Positions 6,957 through 15,776 are shown, numbered from the stretch's first letter. The stretch is DNA of 32,000 nucleotides from Rhodobacter capsulatus SB 1003 (GCF_000021865.1 NC_014034.1:2310001-2342000), one strand, 5' to 3'. Notes: generated by a model from the letters alone, not told the origin. Numbers and translations are program-made.

Positions 6957-9665
6957 ATGACCGTCGTCACCGGCAAGGATACCGCCAAGACCCGTCGCCA
7001 GCTTCAGGTCGGCGCACAGAGCTACGCCTATTATTCGATCCCGGCCGCCGAGGCCGCGGGTCTGGGCGATTTCTCGCGCCTGCCCGCCGCGCTCAAGGTG
7101 GTGCTGGAAAACCTGCTGCGCTTTGAAGACGGCGGCTTTTCGGTCTCGGTAGAGGATATCAAGGCCTTTGGCGACTGGGCGAAACTGGGCGGCAAGAACC
7201 CGCGCGAAATCGCCTATCGCCCGGCGCGCGTGCTGATGCAGGATTTCACCGGCGTTCCGGCGGTCGTTGACCTGGCCGCGATGCGCGACGGCATCAAGGC
7301 GCTGGGTGGCGACGCGAAAAAGATCAACCCGCTCGTCCCGGTCGATCTGGTCATCGACCATTCGGTGATGATCGACGAATTCGGCACGCCGCGGGCGTTC
7401 CAGCGCAACGTGGAGCTGGAATATGAACGCAACATGGAGCGCTACCAGTTCCTGAAATGGGGTCAGGGCGCGTTCGAGAACTTCCGCGTCGTGCCGCCCG
7501 GAACCGGCATCTGCCATCAGGTGAACGTGGAATATCTGGCGCAGACGGTCTGGACCGACACCGACCAGAACGGCGATCTGGTGGCTTACCCCGATACGCT
7601 GGTGGGCACCGACAGCCACACGACGATGGTCAACGGCATGGCCGTGCTGGGCTGGGGCGTCGGCGGGATCGAGGCGGAAGCCGCGATGCTGGGTCAGCCC
7701 GTCTCGATGCTGATCCCCGAGGTCGTCGGCTTCAAGCTGACCGGCGCGCTGCGCGAGGGCTGCACCGGCACCGACCTGGTGCTGAAAGTCGTGCAGATGC
7801 TGCGCAAGCACGGCGTTGTGGGCAAATTCGTCGAATTCTGGGGCGAAGGCCTTGACAAGCTGCCGCTGGCGCAGCGTTCGACCATCGCCAACATGGCCCC
7901 GGAATATGGCGCCACCTGCGGCTTCTTCCCGATCGACGACGAAACCCTGCGCTACCTGCGCCAGACCGGCCGGTCCGAGGACCGCATCGCGCTGGTCGAG
8001 GCCTATGCGAAAGAAAACGGCTTCTGGCGCGGGGCGGATTACGCGCCGATCTATTCCTCGACGCTGGAACTGGACATGTCCAGCATCGTTCCGGCGATCT
8101 CGGGGCCGAAACGGCCGCAGGATTATCTGCCGCTGACCGATGCGAAATCGACCTTCGCCAAGGTCGTCGCCGATTACCGCACCGCCAAGGGCGCGGCGGA
8201 GACGGCGGTCAAGACCGTGTCGGTCGATGGCAAGGACTATACCGTCGGCGATGGCTCGGTGGTGATCGCCTCGATCACGTCCTGCACCAACACCTCGAAC
8301 CCCTATGTGCTGATCGGCGCGGGGCTTGTCGCCCGCAAGGCCCGGGCGCTGGGGCTGAAGGCGAAACCGTGGGTCAAGACCTCGCTCGCCCCCGGGTCGC
8401 AAGTGGTTGAGGAATATCTGAAAGCCGCCAACCTGCAGGAAGACCTCGACGCGCTTGGCTTCAACATCGTGGGCTTTGGCTGCACCACCTGCATCGGCAA
8501 CTCGGGCCCCTTGGGCACGCCGGAAATCTCGAAAGCCATCAACGAGAACGACCTTGTCGCCGCGGCCGTCCTTTCGGGCAACCGCAACTTCGAAGGCCGG
8601 ATCAGCCCGGATGTGCGGGCGAACTTCCTCGCCTCGCCGCCCTTGGTCGTGGCCTATGCGATCGCGGGCGACATGAACATCGACCTGACCACCGAAGCCA
8701 TCGCCACCACGCCCGAGGGCAAGCCGGTGTTCCTGAAAGACATCTGGCCGTCGGACGCCGAAATCGCCGAACTGGTGGAAAAATGCGTGACGCGCGAGGC
8801 GTTCCTGGCGAAATACGCCGATGTCTTCAAGGGCGACGCGAACTGGCAGGGCGTGAAGACCACGACGGGCGAGACCTATGACTGGCCCGCCGCCTCGACC
8901 TATATCCAGAACCCGCCCTATTTCCGCGGCATGGCCAAGGAACCGGGCGTGATCTCGAACGTCGTCGGCGCGCATGTGCTGGCGGTTCTGGGCGACATGA
9001 TCACCACCGACCACATCAGCCCGGCGGGCTCGTTCAAGCCCTCGACGCCCGCAGGCAAATACCTGACCGAGCGCGGCGTCGCCCCGCAGGATTTCAACAG
9101 CTACGGTTCGCGCCGCGGCAACCACGAAGTGATGATGCGTGGCACCTTTGCCAATATCCGCATCAAGAACGAGATGCTCGCGGGCGTCGAAGGCGGCTAC
9201 ACCAAGGGGCCGGACGGGGTGCAAACCTCGATCTATGACGCCTCGATGGCCTATCAGGCGGCGAATATCCCGCTGGTGATCTTTGGCGGCATCGAATACG
9301 GCGCGGGGTCAAGCCGCGACTGGGCGGCCAAGGGCACCAACCTGCTGGGCGTCAAGGCGGTGATCGCGGAAAGCTTCGAGCGCATCCACCGCTCGAACCT
9401 GATCGGCATGGGCGTCATTCCCTTCGAATTCACCGAGGGTCAAAACCGCAAGTCGCTGGGCCTGACCGGCGACGAGGTGGTGACGATCGAGGGCCTTGAA
9501 GGCGAGATCAAGCCGCTCTCGCTCGTGCCCTGCACGATCCTGCGCAAGGACGGCACGCTGACCAAGATCATGATCAAGAGCCGGATCGATACCGAGGTCG
9601 AGATCGAATATCTGAAGAACGGCGGCGTGCTGCATTACGTGCTGCGCAATCTGGCCAAGGCCTGA
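6957..9665 (+). CDS. acnA: Aconitate hydratase A
   Basis: 902 aa. Aconitase motifs present: GTDSHTTM, ITSCTNTSNP, GCTTCIGNSG, RGNHEVMMRGTF. GGGAGG (6942-6947) lies 9 nt before the ATG at 6957. The 48 upstream codons in the track ORF have no support. Confidence 0.97.
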   Translation: MTVVTGKDTAKTRRQLQVGAQSYAYYSIPAAEAAGLGDFSRLPAALKVVLENLLRFEDGGFSVSVEDIKAFGDWAKLGGKNPREIAYRPARVLMQDFTGVPAVVDLAAMRDGIKALGGDAKKINPLVPVDLVIDHSVMIDEFGTPRAFQRNVELEYERNMERYQFLKWGQGAFENFRVVPPGTGICHQVNVEYLAQTVWTDTDQNGDLVAYPDTLVGTDSHTTMVNGMAVLGWGVGGIEAEAAMLGQPVSMLIPEVVGFKLTGALREGCTGTDLVLKVVQMLRKHGVVGKFVEFWGEGLDKLPLAQRSTIANMAPEYGATCGFFPIDDETLRYLRQTGRSEDRIALVEAYAKENGFWRGADYAPIYSSTLELDMSSIVPAISGPKRPQDYLPLTDAKSTFAKVVADYRTAKGAAETAVKTVSVDGKDYTVGDGSVVIASITSCTNTSNPYVLIGAGLVARKARALGLKAKPWVKTSLAPGSQVVEEYLKAANLQEDLDALGFNIVGFGCTTCIGNSGPLGTPEISKAINENDLVAAAVLSGNRNFEGRISPDVRANFLASPPLVVAYAIAGDMNIDLTTEAIATTPEGKPVFLKDIWPSDAEIAELVEKCVTREAFLAKYADVFKGDANWQGVKTTTGETYDWPAASTYIQNPPYFRGMAKEPGVISNVVGAHVLAVLGDMITTDHISPAGSFKPSTPAGKYLTERGVAPQDFNSYGSRRGNHEVMMRGTFANIRIKNEMLAGVEGGYTKGPDGVQTSIYDASMAYQAANIPLVIFGGIEYGAGSSRDWAAKGTNLLGVKAVIAESFERIHRSNLIGMGVIPFEFTEGQNRKSLGLTGDEVVTIEGLEGEIKPLSLVPCTILRKDGTLTKIMIKSRIDTEVEIEYLKNGGVLHYVLRNLAKA

Positions 9666-9700
9666 TCTTCCTCTGCCCGTTTCGCAGGCAAGATGCCCAG

Positions 9701-9730
9701 ACAGGCGGCCCCCCGGGTCGCCTGTTTCGA
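9701..9730 (+). terminator. Candidate intrinsic terminator after acnA
   Basis: ACAGGCGGCC (9701-9710) pairs with GGTCGCCTGT (9716-9725, one G-U pair), followed by TTCGATT. The T tract is weak. Confidence 0.45.
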
Positions 9731-9833
9731 TTCTGCGACATTTTGGCAGCGCCGTTCCGCGGCCGGACAGGATTCACCCGGGATTAAGGATGCGGCGCCT
9801 AACTGCAGCGAACCACAACATCTTCGAGGAACC

Positions 9834-10853
9834 ATGACCACTGCCCCAACCCTTGCCTCGATCGCTTCGGAAACGCGGGATGCTTCCGAGATCACCGGCG
9901 TCACGGTGGACCGGATCGCGCAGATCACCCGGCAGATGAACGTGCTGGGCCTGAACGCCCGGATCGAGGCGGCGCGGGTGGGCCAGCAGGGTGCGGGCTT
10001 CGCGCTGGTGGCCGAGGAGGTGCGCAAGGTCTCGGGGCAGATCGGCGAGATCGCGAACCAGCTGGGCGAGACGCTGAAGGCGCGGCTCTCGGGGCTGGAA
10101 CAGATGGTGTCGCAGCTCTCGATCGCGGCGACCGGCACGCGGCTTGTCGATTGCGCGTTCAACGCCGTCGATCTGATCGACCGCAATCTTTATGAACGCT
10201 CCTGCGACGTGCGCTGGTGGGCGACCGATGCCGATCTGGTCGCCGCCGCGCAGGATCAGGACCGCGAGCGGCTGCGCCGCGCCGGGCAGCGGCTGGGCGT
10301 GATCCTTGATGCCTATACGGTCTATTCCGATATCTGGCTGGTGGCGCCCGACGGCCGGGTTCTGGCCAACGGGCGGCCCGGCCGCTTTCCGGTGACGGGG
10401 GCGCAAGTCTCTGGGGCGCATTGGTTTTCCCCCGCGATGGCATTGCGCGACGGGGACGGGTTCGTGGCGGGCGATGTCGAGATTTCGGCGCATCTGGGCG
10501 GACGGGCGACGATGGCCTGGGCCACGCCCGTCCGCGCCGGAGGGGCGCGGACCGGGGCGGTGATCGGGCTTCTGGTGACCCAGTTCGACTGGGCGCCGCA
10601 GGCCGAAGCGGTGCTGAAAAGCCTGCGGTTTTGCGCCGATGACGGCGAGATGCGCGGCTATCTGGTCGATGCGGCGGGAAGGGTTCTGGCCGCCCGCGGC
10701 CCGGGGTCCGAACGGGTGACGCAGATCGCCCTGCCCGCGGGTCAGGCCAAGGGCTGGTCCGCCCCGGGCGGCGGCCTGATGGGATTTCACCGCACCGAGG
10801 GCTTCGAGACCTGGACCGGCAAGGGCTGGTTCGGCGTGGTCGAACGGTCGTGA
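9834..10853 (+). CDS. Soluble protein: N-terminal fragment of the MCP signalling domain (hairpin tip only) fused to a Cache/PAS-like sensory module
   Basis: MNVLGLNARIEAARVGQQGAGFALVAEEVRKVS is the conserved MCP tip. No hydrophobic segments and no HAMP domain. The C-terminal 240 aa show Cache-like motif order (NLYERSCDVRWWA, YSDIWLVAPDGRVLA, HWF, GAVIGLLVTQFDW). ATG at 9834 follows GAGGA. Confidence 0.75.
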   Translation: MTTAPTLASIASETRDASEITGVTVDRIAQITRQMNVLGLNARIEAARVGQQGAGFALVAEEVRKVSGQIGEIANQLGETLKARLSGLEQMVSQLSIAATGTRLVDCAFNAVDLIDRNLYERSCDVRWWATDADLVAAAQDQDRERLRRAGQRLGVILDAYTVYSDIWLVAPDGRVLANGRPGRFPVTGAQVSGAHWFSPAMALRDGDGFVAGDVEISAHLGGRATMAWATPVRAGGARTGAVIGLLVTQFDWAPQAEAVLKSLRFCADDGEMRGYLVDAAGRVLAARGPGSERVTQIALPAGQAKGWSAPGGGLMGFHRTEGFETWTGKGWFGVVERS

Positions 10854-10978
10854 CGCCCCGCACCGGCCGGACCGGGGCCCACCATGACGGGAACTTCAAA
10901 ATTCCGTGACAGTTTTTTCTTGTGTTTCGGAAAGACGCTGCTCCACTGGCAGCGTTGATTCACTTTTTGAGGCCCAAA

Positions 10979-11338
10979 ATGACTCTTACGACCGAACAGC
11001 TGATGCTCGTCGAGCAACGCCTGGCGAATGACAAGAAATCGACCCTCGTGGCCTATCTGCTCTGGTTCTTTCTGGGCGGCTTCGGGGTGCACCGCTTTTA
11101 CCTTGGAAAATCCGGCTCCGGCGCGATCATGCTGGTGCTGATGATCCTCGGCTGGCTGACCGCGATCTTCTACGTCGGCTTTGCCTTCCTGCTTGTCGTC
11201 GCGATCTGGATGATCGTCGATGCCTTCCTGATCCCCGGCATGATCACCGACAACACCGCGCAGCAGCGGCTGCGGCTGCAGCTGGAAATGAACGCGGGCA
11301 TGCCGGCCGCCGCCGTGCCGCCGGTGCCGGCGGGCTGA
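10979..11338 (+). CDS. TM2 domain-containing membrane protein (paralogue 1, 119 aa)
   Basis: LVAYLLWFFLGGFGVHRFYLGK and VDAFLIPGMI form the TM2-domain signature. ATG at 10979 lies 8 nt after GAGG. The N-terminus aligns residue for residue with the paralogue at 12144. Confidence 0.85.
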   Translation: MTLTTEQLMLVEQRLANDKKSTLVAYLLWFFLGGFGVHRFYLGKSGSGAIMLVLMILGWLTAIFYVGFAFLLVVAIWMIVDAFLIPGMITDNTAQQRLRLQLEMNAGMPAAAVPPVPAG

Positions 11339-11350
11339 GTGGGACGCCGC

Positions 11351-11382
11351 GGGCAAGAGCCCCGGCGGGGCCTTGCCCTTTT
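11351..11382 (+). terminator. Intrinsic terminator after TM2 paralogue 1
   Basis: GGGCAAG-a-GCCCC / GGGGC-CTTGCCC stem with a 3-nt loop and one bulge, followed by TTTT (11379-11382). Confidence 0.7.
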
Positions 11383-11507
11383 GCGGAGCCCGCAGGCATG
11401 ATCCCGCGCAGTGACGCAGTTTTGCGTCTTATTGCGCGCAGTTCGGCGTTTGATCCCCCGGGCGCGTGGCTTAGGATGGCCCTCTGTTCAGTCCGACGGA
11501 GATCGCC

Positions 11508-12080
11508 ATGCTTGCCCGCCCCGCCGCAGTCCTTGCCCTGCTGTGCCTTGCCGCCTGCGCCGCCGCCCCCACCGCGCCGCCGCCCGCGCCGGGCGCTGCC
11601 GCCGGGCCGCGCCTGCCGGGCCGGGTGGTCTGGACCGACGGGCATGGCGATGTCGCCGTGGCCGCCGCCGGGCGGGCCAGCTGCCCCGCCACCAGCGCGG
11701 CGATGGCCGCGACCGGGCTTGCCGTCACCAATGCGACCCGCGCGCAGGCGGGCCTTGCGCCGATGCGCTCTGATCCGGTGCTGGACCGCGTCGCCGCCGC
11801 CCATGCCTGCGACATGGCCAACCGGGGCACGATGACCCATGCGGGCAGCGCCACCACCGGGCCGATGGCGCGCGCCCGGCAGATGGGCTACCGGCCGCAA
11901 ACCATTGCCGAAAACATCGCCGCCGGGCGGTTCGAGCTGAACGGCACGCTGGAACAGTGGAGCGCCTCGCCGAAGCACCGCGCCAATATCACGATCCCGT
12001 CCCTGCGCGATTTCGGCATCGGCACCGCCACCGCCGCCGACGGCAAGACCACCTTCTGGACCGCCGTTTACGCCCGCTGA
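11508..12080 (+). CDS. CAP/SCP/PR-1 (YkwD-like) domain lipoprotein
   Basis: Signal peptide with lipobox LLCLAAC. The CAP-like pattern is NATRAQAGLAPM...LDRVAAAHACDMA...ENIAAG...EQWSASPKHRANI...DFGIG. GGAGA lies 6 nt before the ATG. Confidence 0.8.
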   Translation: MLARPAAVLALLCLAACAAAPTAPPPAPGAAAGPRLPGRVVWTDGHGDVAVAAAGRASCPATSAAMAATGLAVTNATRAQAGLAPMRSDPVLDRVAAAHACDMANRGTMTHAGSATTGPMARARQMGYRPQTIAENIAAGRFELNGTLEQWSASPKHRANITIPSLRDFGIGTATAADGKTTFWTAVYAR

Positions 12081-12125
12081 GCCGCGGCGGTCTTGATTGC
12101 GAACCGGGCCTTCCCATATGTGACC

Positions 12126-12146
12126 CATGTGAAGGAGGTTCACATG
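12126..12146 (+). promoter_or_regulatory. Hairpin enclosing the SD and start codon of TM2 paralogue 2
   Basis: CATGTGAA - GGAGG - TTCACATG: perfect 8-bp inverted repeat, loop = SD core, and the last 3 nt of the right arm are the ATG. Confidence 0.5.
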
Positions 12147-12458
12147 AACGACACCCGTGCGCTTTACATCGAACAACGCGTCGCCAACGAGAGCCGCTCG
12201 GCCCTTGTCGCCTATCTCTTGTGGTTTTTCCTTGGCTTCTTCGGCGTGCACCGGTTCTATCTGGGGCGCTGGGTCTCGGGGCTTTTGATGCTGGTGCTGT
12301 TCGGCATCGGCTCGGCGCTGACGGTGCTGCTGGTGGGCTATCTGCCGCTGGCCTTCGTCGCGCTGTGGTGGGCGCTGGATGCGCTGTTGATCCCGGGCAT
12401 GATCGCCTCGGACAATGCCTGGTTGCGGCTGCGGCTGATGCAGGGCTATGACGCCTGA
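12144..12458 (+). CDS. TM2 domain-containing membrane protein (paralogue 2, 104 aa)
   Basis: LVAYLLWFFLGFFGVHRFYLGR and LDALLIPGMI. The strong SD GAAGGAGG (12131-12138) lies 5 nt before the ATG at 12144. Confidence 0.85.
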   Translation: MNDTRALYIEQRVANESRSALVAYLLWFFLGFFGVHRFYLGRWVSGLLMLVLFGIGSALTVLLVGYLPLAFVALWWALDALLIPGMIASDNAWLRLRLMQGYDA

Positions 12459-15065
12459 TCAGCCCGGGTTGCGCCGCAAGAGCCCGCGCCGACCGGCCGC
12501 GATCAGCCCCGCCACATCGGCCATCGCCACCATCGGCGAGACGCCGACCGGCAGGGCGATGTAGCGCGGCCGCCATTCCGGGCCGAACTGCGCCTTGTAG
12601 GCGCGCAGATCGTCGAAGCTGCGGAAGGCACCGCCGTGGCGGAACATCAGCGGCCCGAACCGGTCCCAAAGCCGCGCCGTGCGCCGCGCGCCCAGACCCG
12701 AGAGCGGCGCAAGCCCGAGGCTGAGCTCGCTCGCCCCCGCGGTCTTGTAGTGATCGATCAGCGCGAAGAACATGAAGCCGATCAGCGCGGGCGCATCTTC
12801 GGGCCGGTAGCGCATCACGTCGATGGCGACGCGCTTGCCCGCCCCGGGTGCCAGCAGCGCGGCAAAGGCCACGGGTTCGCCCCCGCGCCACATCACCGCC
12901 AGCGGAAACCGGTTCAGATAGGCCGCATCGAACCGCCCGACCGAGAAGCGTTTTTCCTGTCCGATCCGATGCTTGAGGAAGCTTTCCGAGATCGGCTTCA
13001 AGGCTGCGATCAGTTCCGGCGCATGCGGCGGGGCAAGCACCTTGAAGCGCAGCCCCTCGCGCCGGGCCTGTTCGTAAGCCGTGCGCAGCCCCGCAAGCCG
13101 CGTGCCCGACAGCGAGGCCTTGGTCAGGTTCACCACCGCTTCCTCGCCCATCCGATGCGCGGCCAGACCCATTTCGATCATGAAGGGCACGTGCCGTTCG
13201 GAGAGCTCGTAAAAGACCGGACGGCAATTGGCCTGCTGCGCCGCCTCGACGAAACCCCAGCCGAGATCGTCAAAATAGCGCGCATCGCCGACCGGATCGC
13301 CCATGCAGACCCAGGATTTGCGGCGGCGGGCAAACATCAGAAAGGCGGTGCCGCTGTCGGCAAAGCGGAATTCCTTGTCGCCCGAAAGCGCCAGACAGGC
13401 CTGCGGGTCGGATTGGCTGGCGACGATCTCGCCCGCCAGCCGCAGCGCCTGCGCCATCGTCTGCGGACGCCGTTTCGACGAGGGTTTCAGCGCGAGGAAG
13501 ATGGTGAAGATCACCAGCACCGCCGAGCCGGTGACGCCTGCGCGCAGCGACCGCGGCGCGCTGGCGTCCTGGGCGAAGTCGAACCAGAACATGTGCGAAT
13601 AGGGCGTCGCGGCATGGATGAAGACGAAGAACAGCGCCACCGAGGCGATGACGATGGTGACCAGCGCGATCCAGGCCGGGCCAAGAACGCCCTCGGTGAT
13701 CTTGGCCTGACGGTAGAACTCGCCCCGAAACGGCCAGAGCGCAAGCGCGCCAAGGGTCAGAAGCGCCGCGCTTTCGATGTCGAAGCTGCGCAGCATCACC
13801 GCGGCGATGCCGCCCCCCAGCGTCAGAAGCGTCAGCCAGAAGGCGCCGGTGACGCGGCGGATCAGCCCGTGCGACAGGATCACCAGCACGACGCCGGTCA
13901 CGGCCGAAACCAGCGAGCCGCCCTCGAGCAGGATCAGCCCCACCAGGTCGTCGGGATCATGCAGGGGCCGCACCGTGGGCAGGATCGAGACCGCCATCAG
14001 ATAGGCGCCAAAGCCGAAGGCCCAGGCGCCGGAAAGCCAGGGCACCATCCCCGCGATGGCCTTGAAGGCGGGCCGCATCGGTTCCGAGATGTCGCCAAAA
14101 AGCCTGCGCGCCCAACCGCCTGCAAGGCGGGCCTCGTTCAGCGACACGATCACGAAGGCCAGCGCGAAGGGCAGCAGGTAATAGATCATGCGGAACATCA
14201 ACAGCGCCGCGGCGACCTCTCCGACCGGGGTGCCCTTGGGCATGGCGGCGATGACGACGGTCTCGAAGACGCCGACGCCGCCGGGAACATGGGTGATCAC
14301 GCCGATCATCGTCGCGGTGGCATAGATGGCGAGGAAGGTGACGAAATCCGGGGCGCCCGCGGGCAAAAGCACGTAAAGCGTCAGCGCCGCCATCGAGCTG
14401 TCGAAAAGCGCGATGATCATCTGCCCGGTCAGGATGCGCGGGCGCGGCATGGCGATGTCGAAGCGGCCGATGCGCAGCACCCGGCCGGAAATCCCCAGCG
14501 CGTAAAGCAGGCCCAGCGTGCCAAGGCCCCCGGTCAGCGCCAGCAGCCGGATCGTGGTTTCCGAAAGCGGCAAAAGCCCGCTGAGCGCCGAAGGATGCGC
14601 GGCGAGCGCAAAGACCCCCACCAGCGACAGCCCGGTGCCCATGGCCAGCGCGATGTAAGAGGCCAGCGCCGCCACTTCGAAGGCGTTCAGCCCGAAGGCG
14701 GAATAGATCCGGTAGCGCACGGCCCCGCCCGAGAGGACCGAAATTCCGATCGTGTTGCCAAAGGCATAGCCCAGAAAGCCGCCAAGCGCCACGACCCGCA
14801 GCGGCAGTTTCTTTTCCAGATATTGCAGCGCCCAGAAATCATAGCCGATCAGCGCCCCATAGCCGAGCGCGGTGGCGCCAAGGGCAATGGCGAGCGTCTC
14901 GATCGGGGTGGCGCGCATCTGCGCGATCACATCGGCGAAATCGACCGGCTTGAGCAGATGATGAAGCGCAAACAGCCCCAGTCCAAGGAGCGAAAAGCCG
15001 ATGATCAGCGGCCCCAGATGACGCAGCCGCCCCGGGCCTGGCCCCGCGGCCTCACGCTTCGTCAT
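12459..15065 (-). CDS. mprF: Bifunctional aminoacyl-phosphatidylglycerol synthase/flippase MprF
   Basis: 868 aa. The N-terminal roughly 520 aa are polytopic membrane sequence (flippase part). The C-terminal soluble domain resembles the DUF2156/LPG-synthase fold (FMFFALIDHYK, FGPEWRPRY). GGGAGG lies upstream of the ATG at 15065. Confidence 0.9.
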   Translation of the reverse strand: MTKREAAGPGPGRLRHLGPLIIGFSLLGLGLFALHHLLKPVDFADVIAQMRATPIETLAIALGATALGYGALIGYDFWALQYLEKKLPLRVVALGGFLGYAFGNTIGISVLSGGAVRYRIYSAFGLNAFEVAALASYIALAMGTGLSLVGVFALAAHPSALSGLLPLSETTIRLLALTGGLGTLGLLYALGISGRVLRIGRFDIAMPRPRILTGQMIIALFDSSMAALTLYVLLPAGAPDFVTFLAIYATATMIGVITHVPGGVGVFETVVIAAMPKGTPVGEVAAALLMFRMIYYLLPFALAFVIVSLNEARLAGGWARRLFGDISEPMRPAFKAIAGMVPWLSGAWAFGFGAYLMAVSILPTVRPLHDPDDLVGLILLEGGSLVSAVTGVVLVILSHGLIRRVTGAFWLTLLTLGGGIAAVMLRSFDIESAALLTLGALALWPFRGEFYRQAKITEGVLGPAWIALVTIVIASVALFFVFIHAATPYSHMFWFDFAQDASAPRSLRAGVTGSAVLVIFTIFLALKPSSKRRPQTMAQALRLAGEIVASQSDPQACLALSGDKEFRFADSGTAFLMFARRRKSWVCMGDPVGDARYFDDLGWGFVEAAQQANCRPVFYELSERHVPFMIEMGLAAHRMGEEAVVNLTKASLSGTRLAGLRTAYEQARREGLRFKVLAPPHAPELIAALKPISESFLKHRIGQEKRFSVGRFDAAYLNRFPLAVMWRGGEPVAFAALLAPGAGKRVAIDVMRYRPEDAPALIGFMFFALIDHYKTAGASELSLGLAPLSGLGARRTARLWDRFGPLMFRHGGAFRSFDDLRAYKAQFGPEWRPRYIALPVGVSPMVAMADVAGLIAAGRRGLLRRNPG

Positions 15066-15290
15066 GGCGCCTCCCTCGCATTCCGTCCCCCGCTATTTCT
15101 GTCCCTGATTTGCAGGTTTTCAAGACGGTTACAAGCTTTGCAACGCGCGATTTGGCTGCAGGCCGGGGGATTTCGCGCCGCACCTCCCCCCGGAGGCCGG
15201 ATCCCGAAGCCGGAGAAGACGCAAACCCCGTCAGCTTCGGGCCGGAGCATTCCGGGGGGACTTCGCCGGGCGGCAAAGGAGGGTCGCCCC

Positions 15291-15695
15291 TCAGCCCCGA
15301 GTGTAGCGCGAGATCATTACGTAATCCTTGCGCGGCCCCGTGACCCGCCATTCCGAAGACCAGTCCGGCCAGCGCGCGAAATCATAGCGGACGCGGTAAT
15401 CATCCGGGTCGCACCAATGCGCGGCCTCGGCCAGGCGGGGGTCGAAGCGGTGAAAGTCGCGGCCATCTTCGAACCGCACGACGATCTGCCCGCCCTCGGC
15501 CTGCCAAAGATAGTCGCGTTCGGCCCGCATCGCCGCCTCGCCCGCGAGCACGAGCTGCCCCGCCTCGTGATAGCGCAGCCCGGCGCCCTCGGGGGTGAAG
15601 ACCGCCTGGCCGGTGAACCGCCCCTCGGGGCCGTTTGCCTGCAGGATCTGGCGCGAAAGCGTCCAGTGGCCGGTGAAATCGTTCAATTGCGGCAT
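15291..15695 (-). CDS. Small conserved hypothetical protein (DUF6314-like, possibly a nitrobindin/THAP4-type beta-barrel)
   Basis: 134 aa starting MPQLNDFTGHW..., with HWCDPDDYRVRYDF and WRVTGPRKDY motifs. High GC3. The family assignment is from memory only. Confidence 0.6.
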   Translation of the reverse strand: MPQLNDFTGHWTLSRQILQANGPEGRFTGQAVFTPEGAGLRYHEAGQLVLAGEAAMRAERDYLWQAEGGQIVVRFEDGRDFHRFDPRLAEAAHWCDPDDYRVRYDFARWPDWSSEWRVTGPRKDYVMISRYTRG

Positions 15696-15776
15696 CCTGA
15701 CCCGCCCTTTGCCTTGCCCCAAACAGGGTCTCAGTCTATGCACCCGGCAACCCCGTCACAAGCAGGAGGCCTGCCC

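Noticed and set aside
15140-15290. Possible degenerate relic of the palindromic repeat upstream of mprF (GCTTTGCAACGCGCGATTTGGCTGCAGGCCGGGGGATTTCGCGCCGCACCTCCCCCCGG)
   Set aside because: It shares only short GC-rich words (CCGGGGG, ATTTCGCGCC, CGCACC) with the family. By eye I cannot align a full arm, so I do not count it as a copy.
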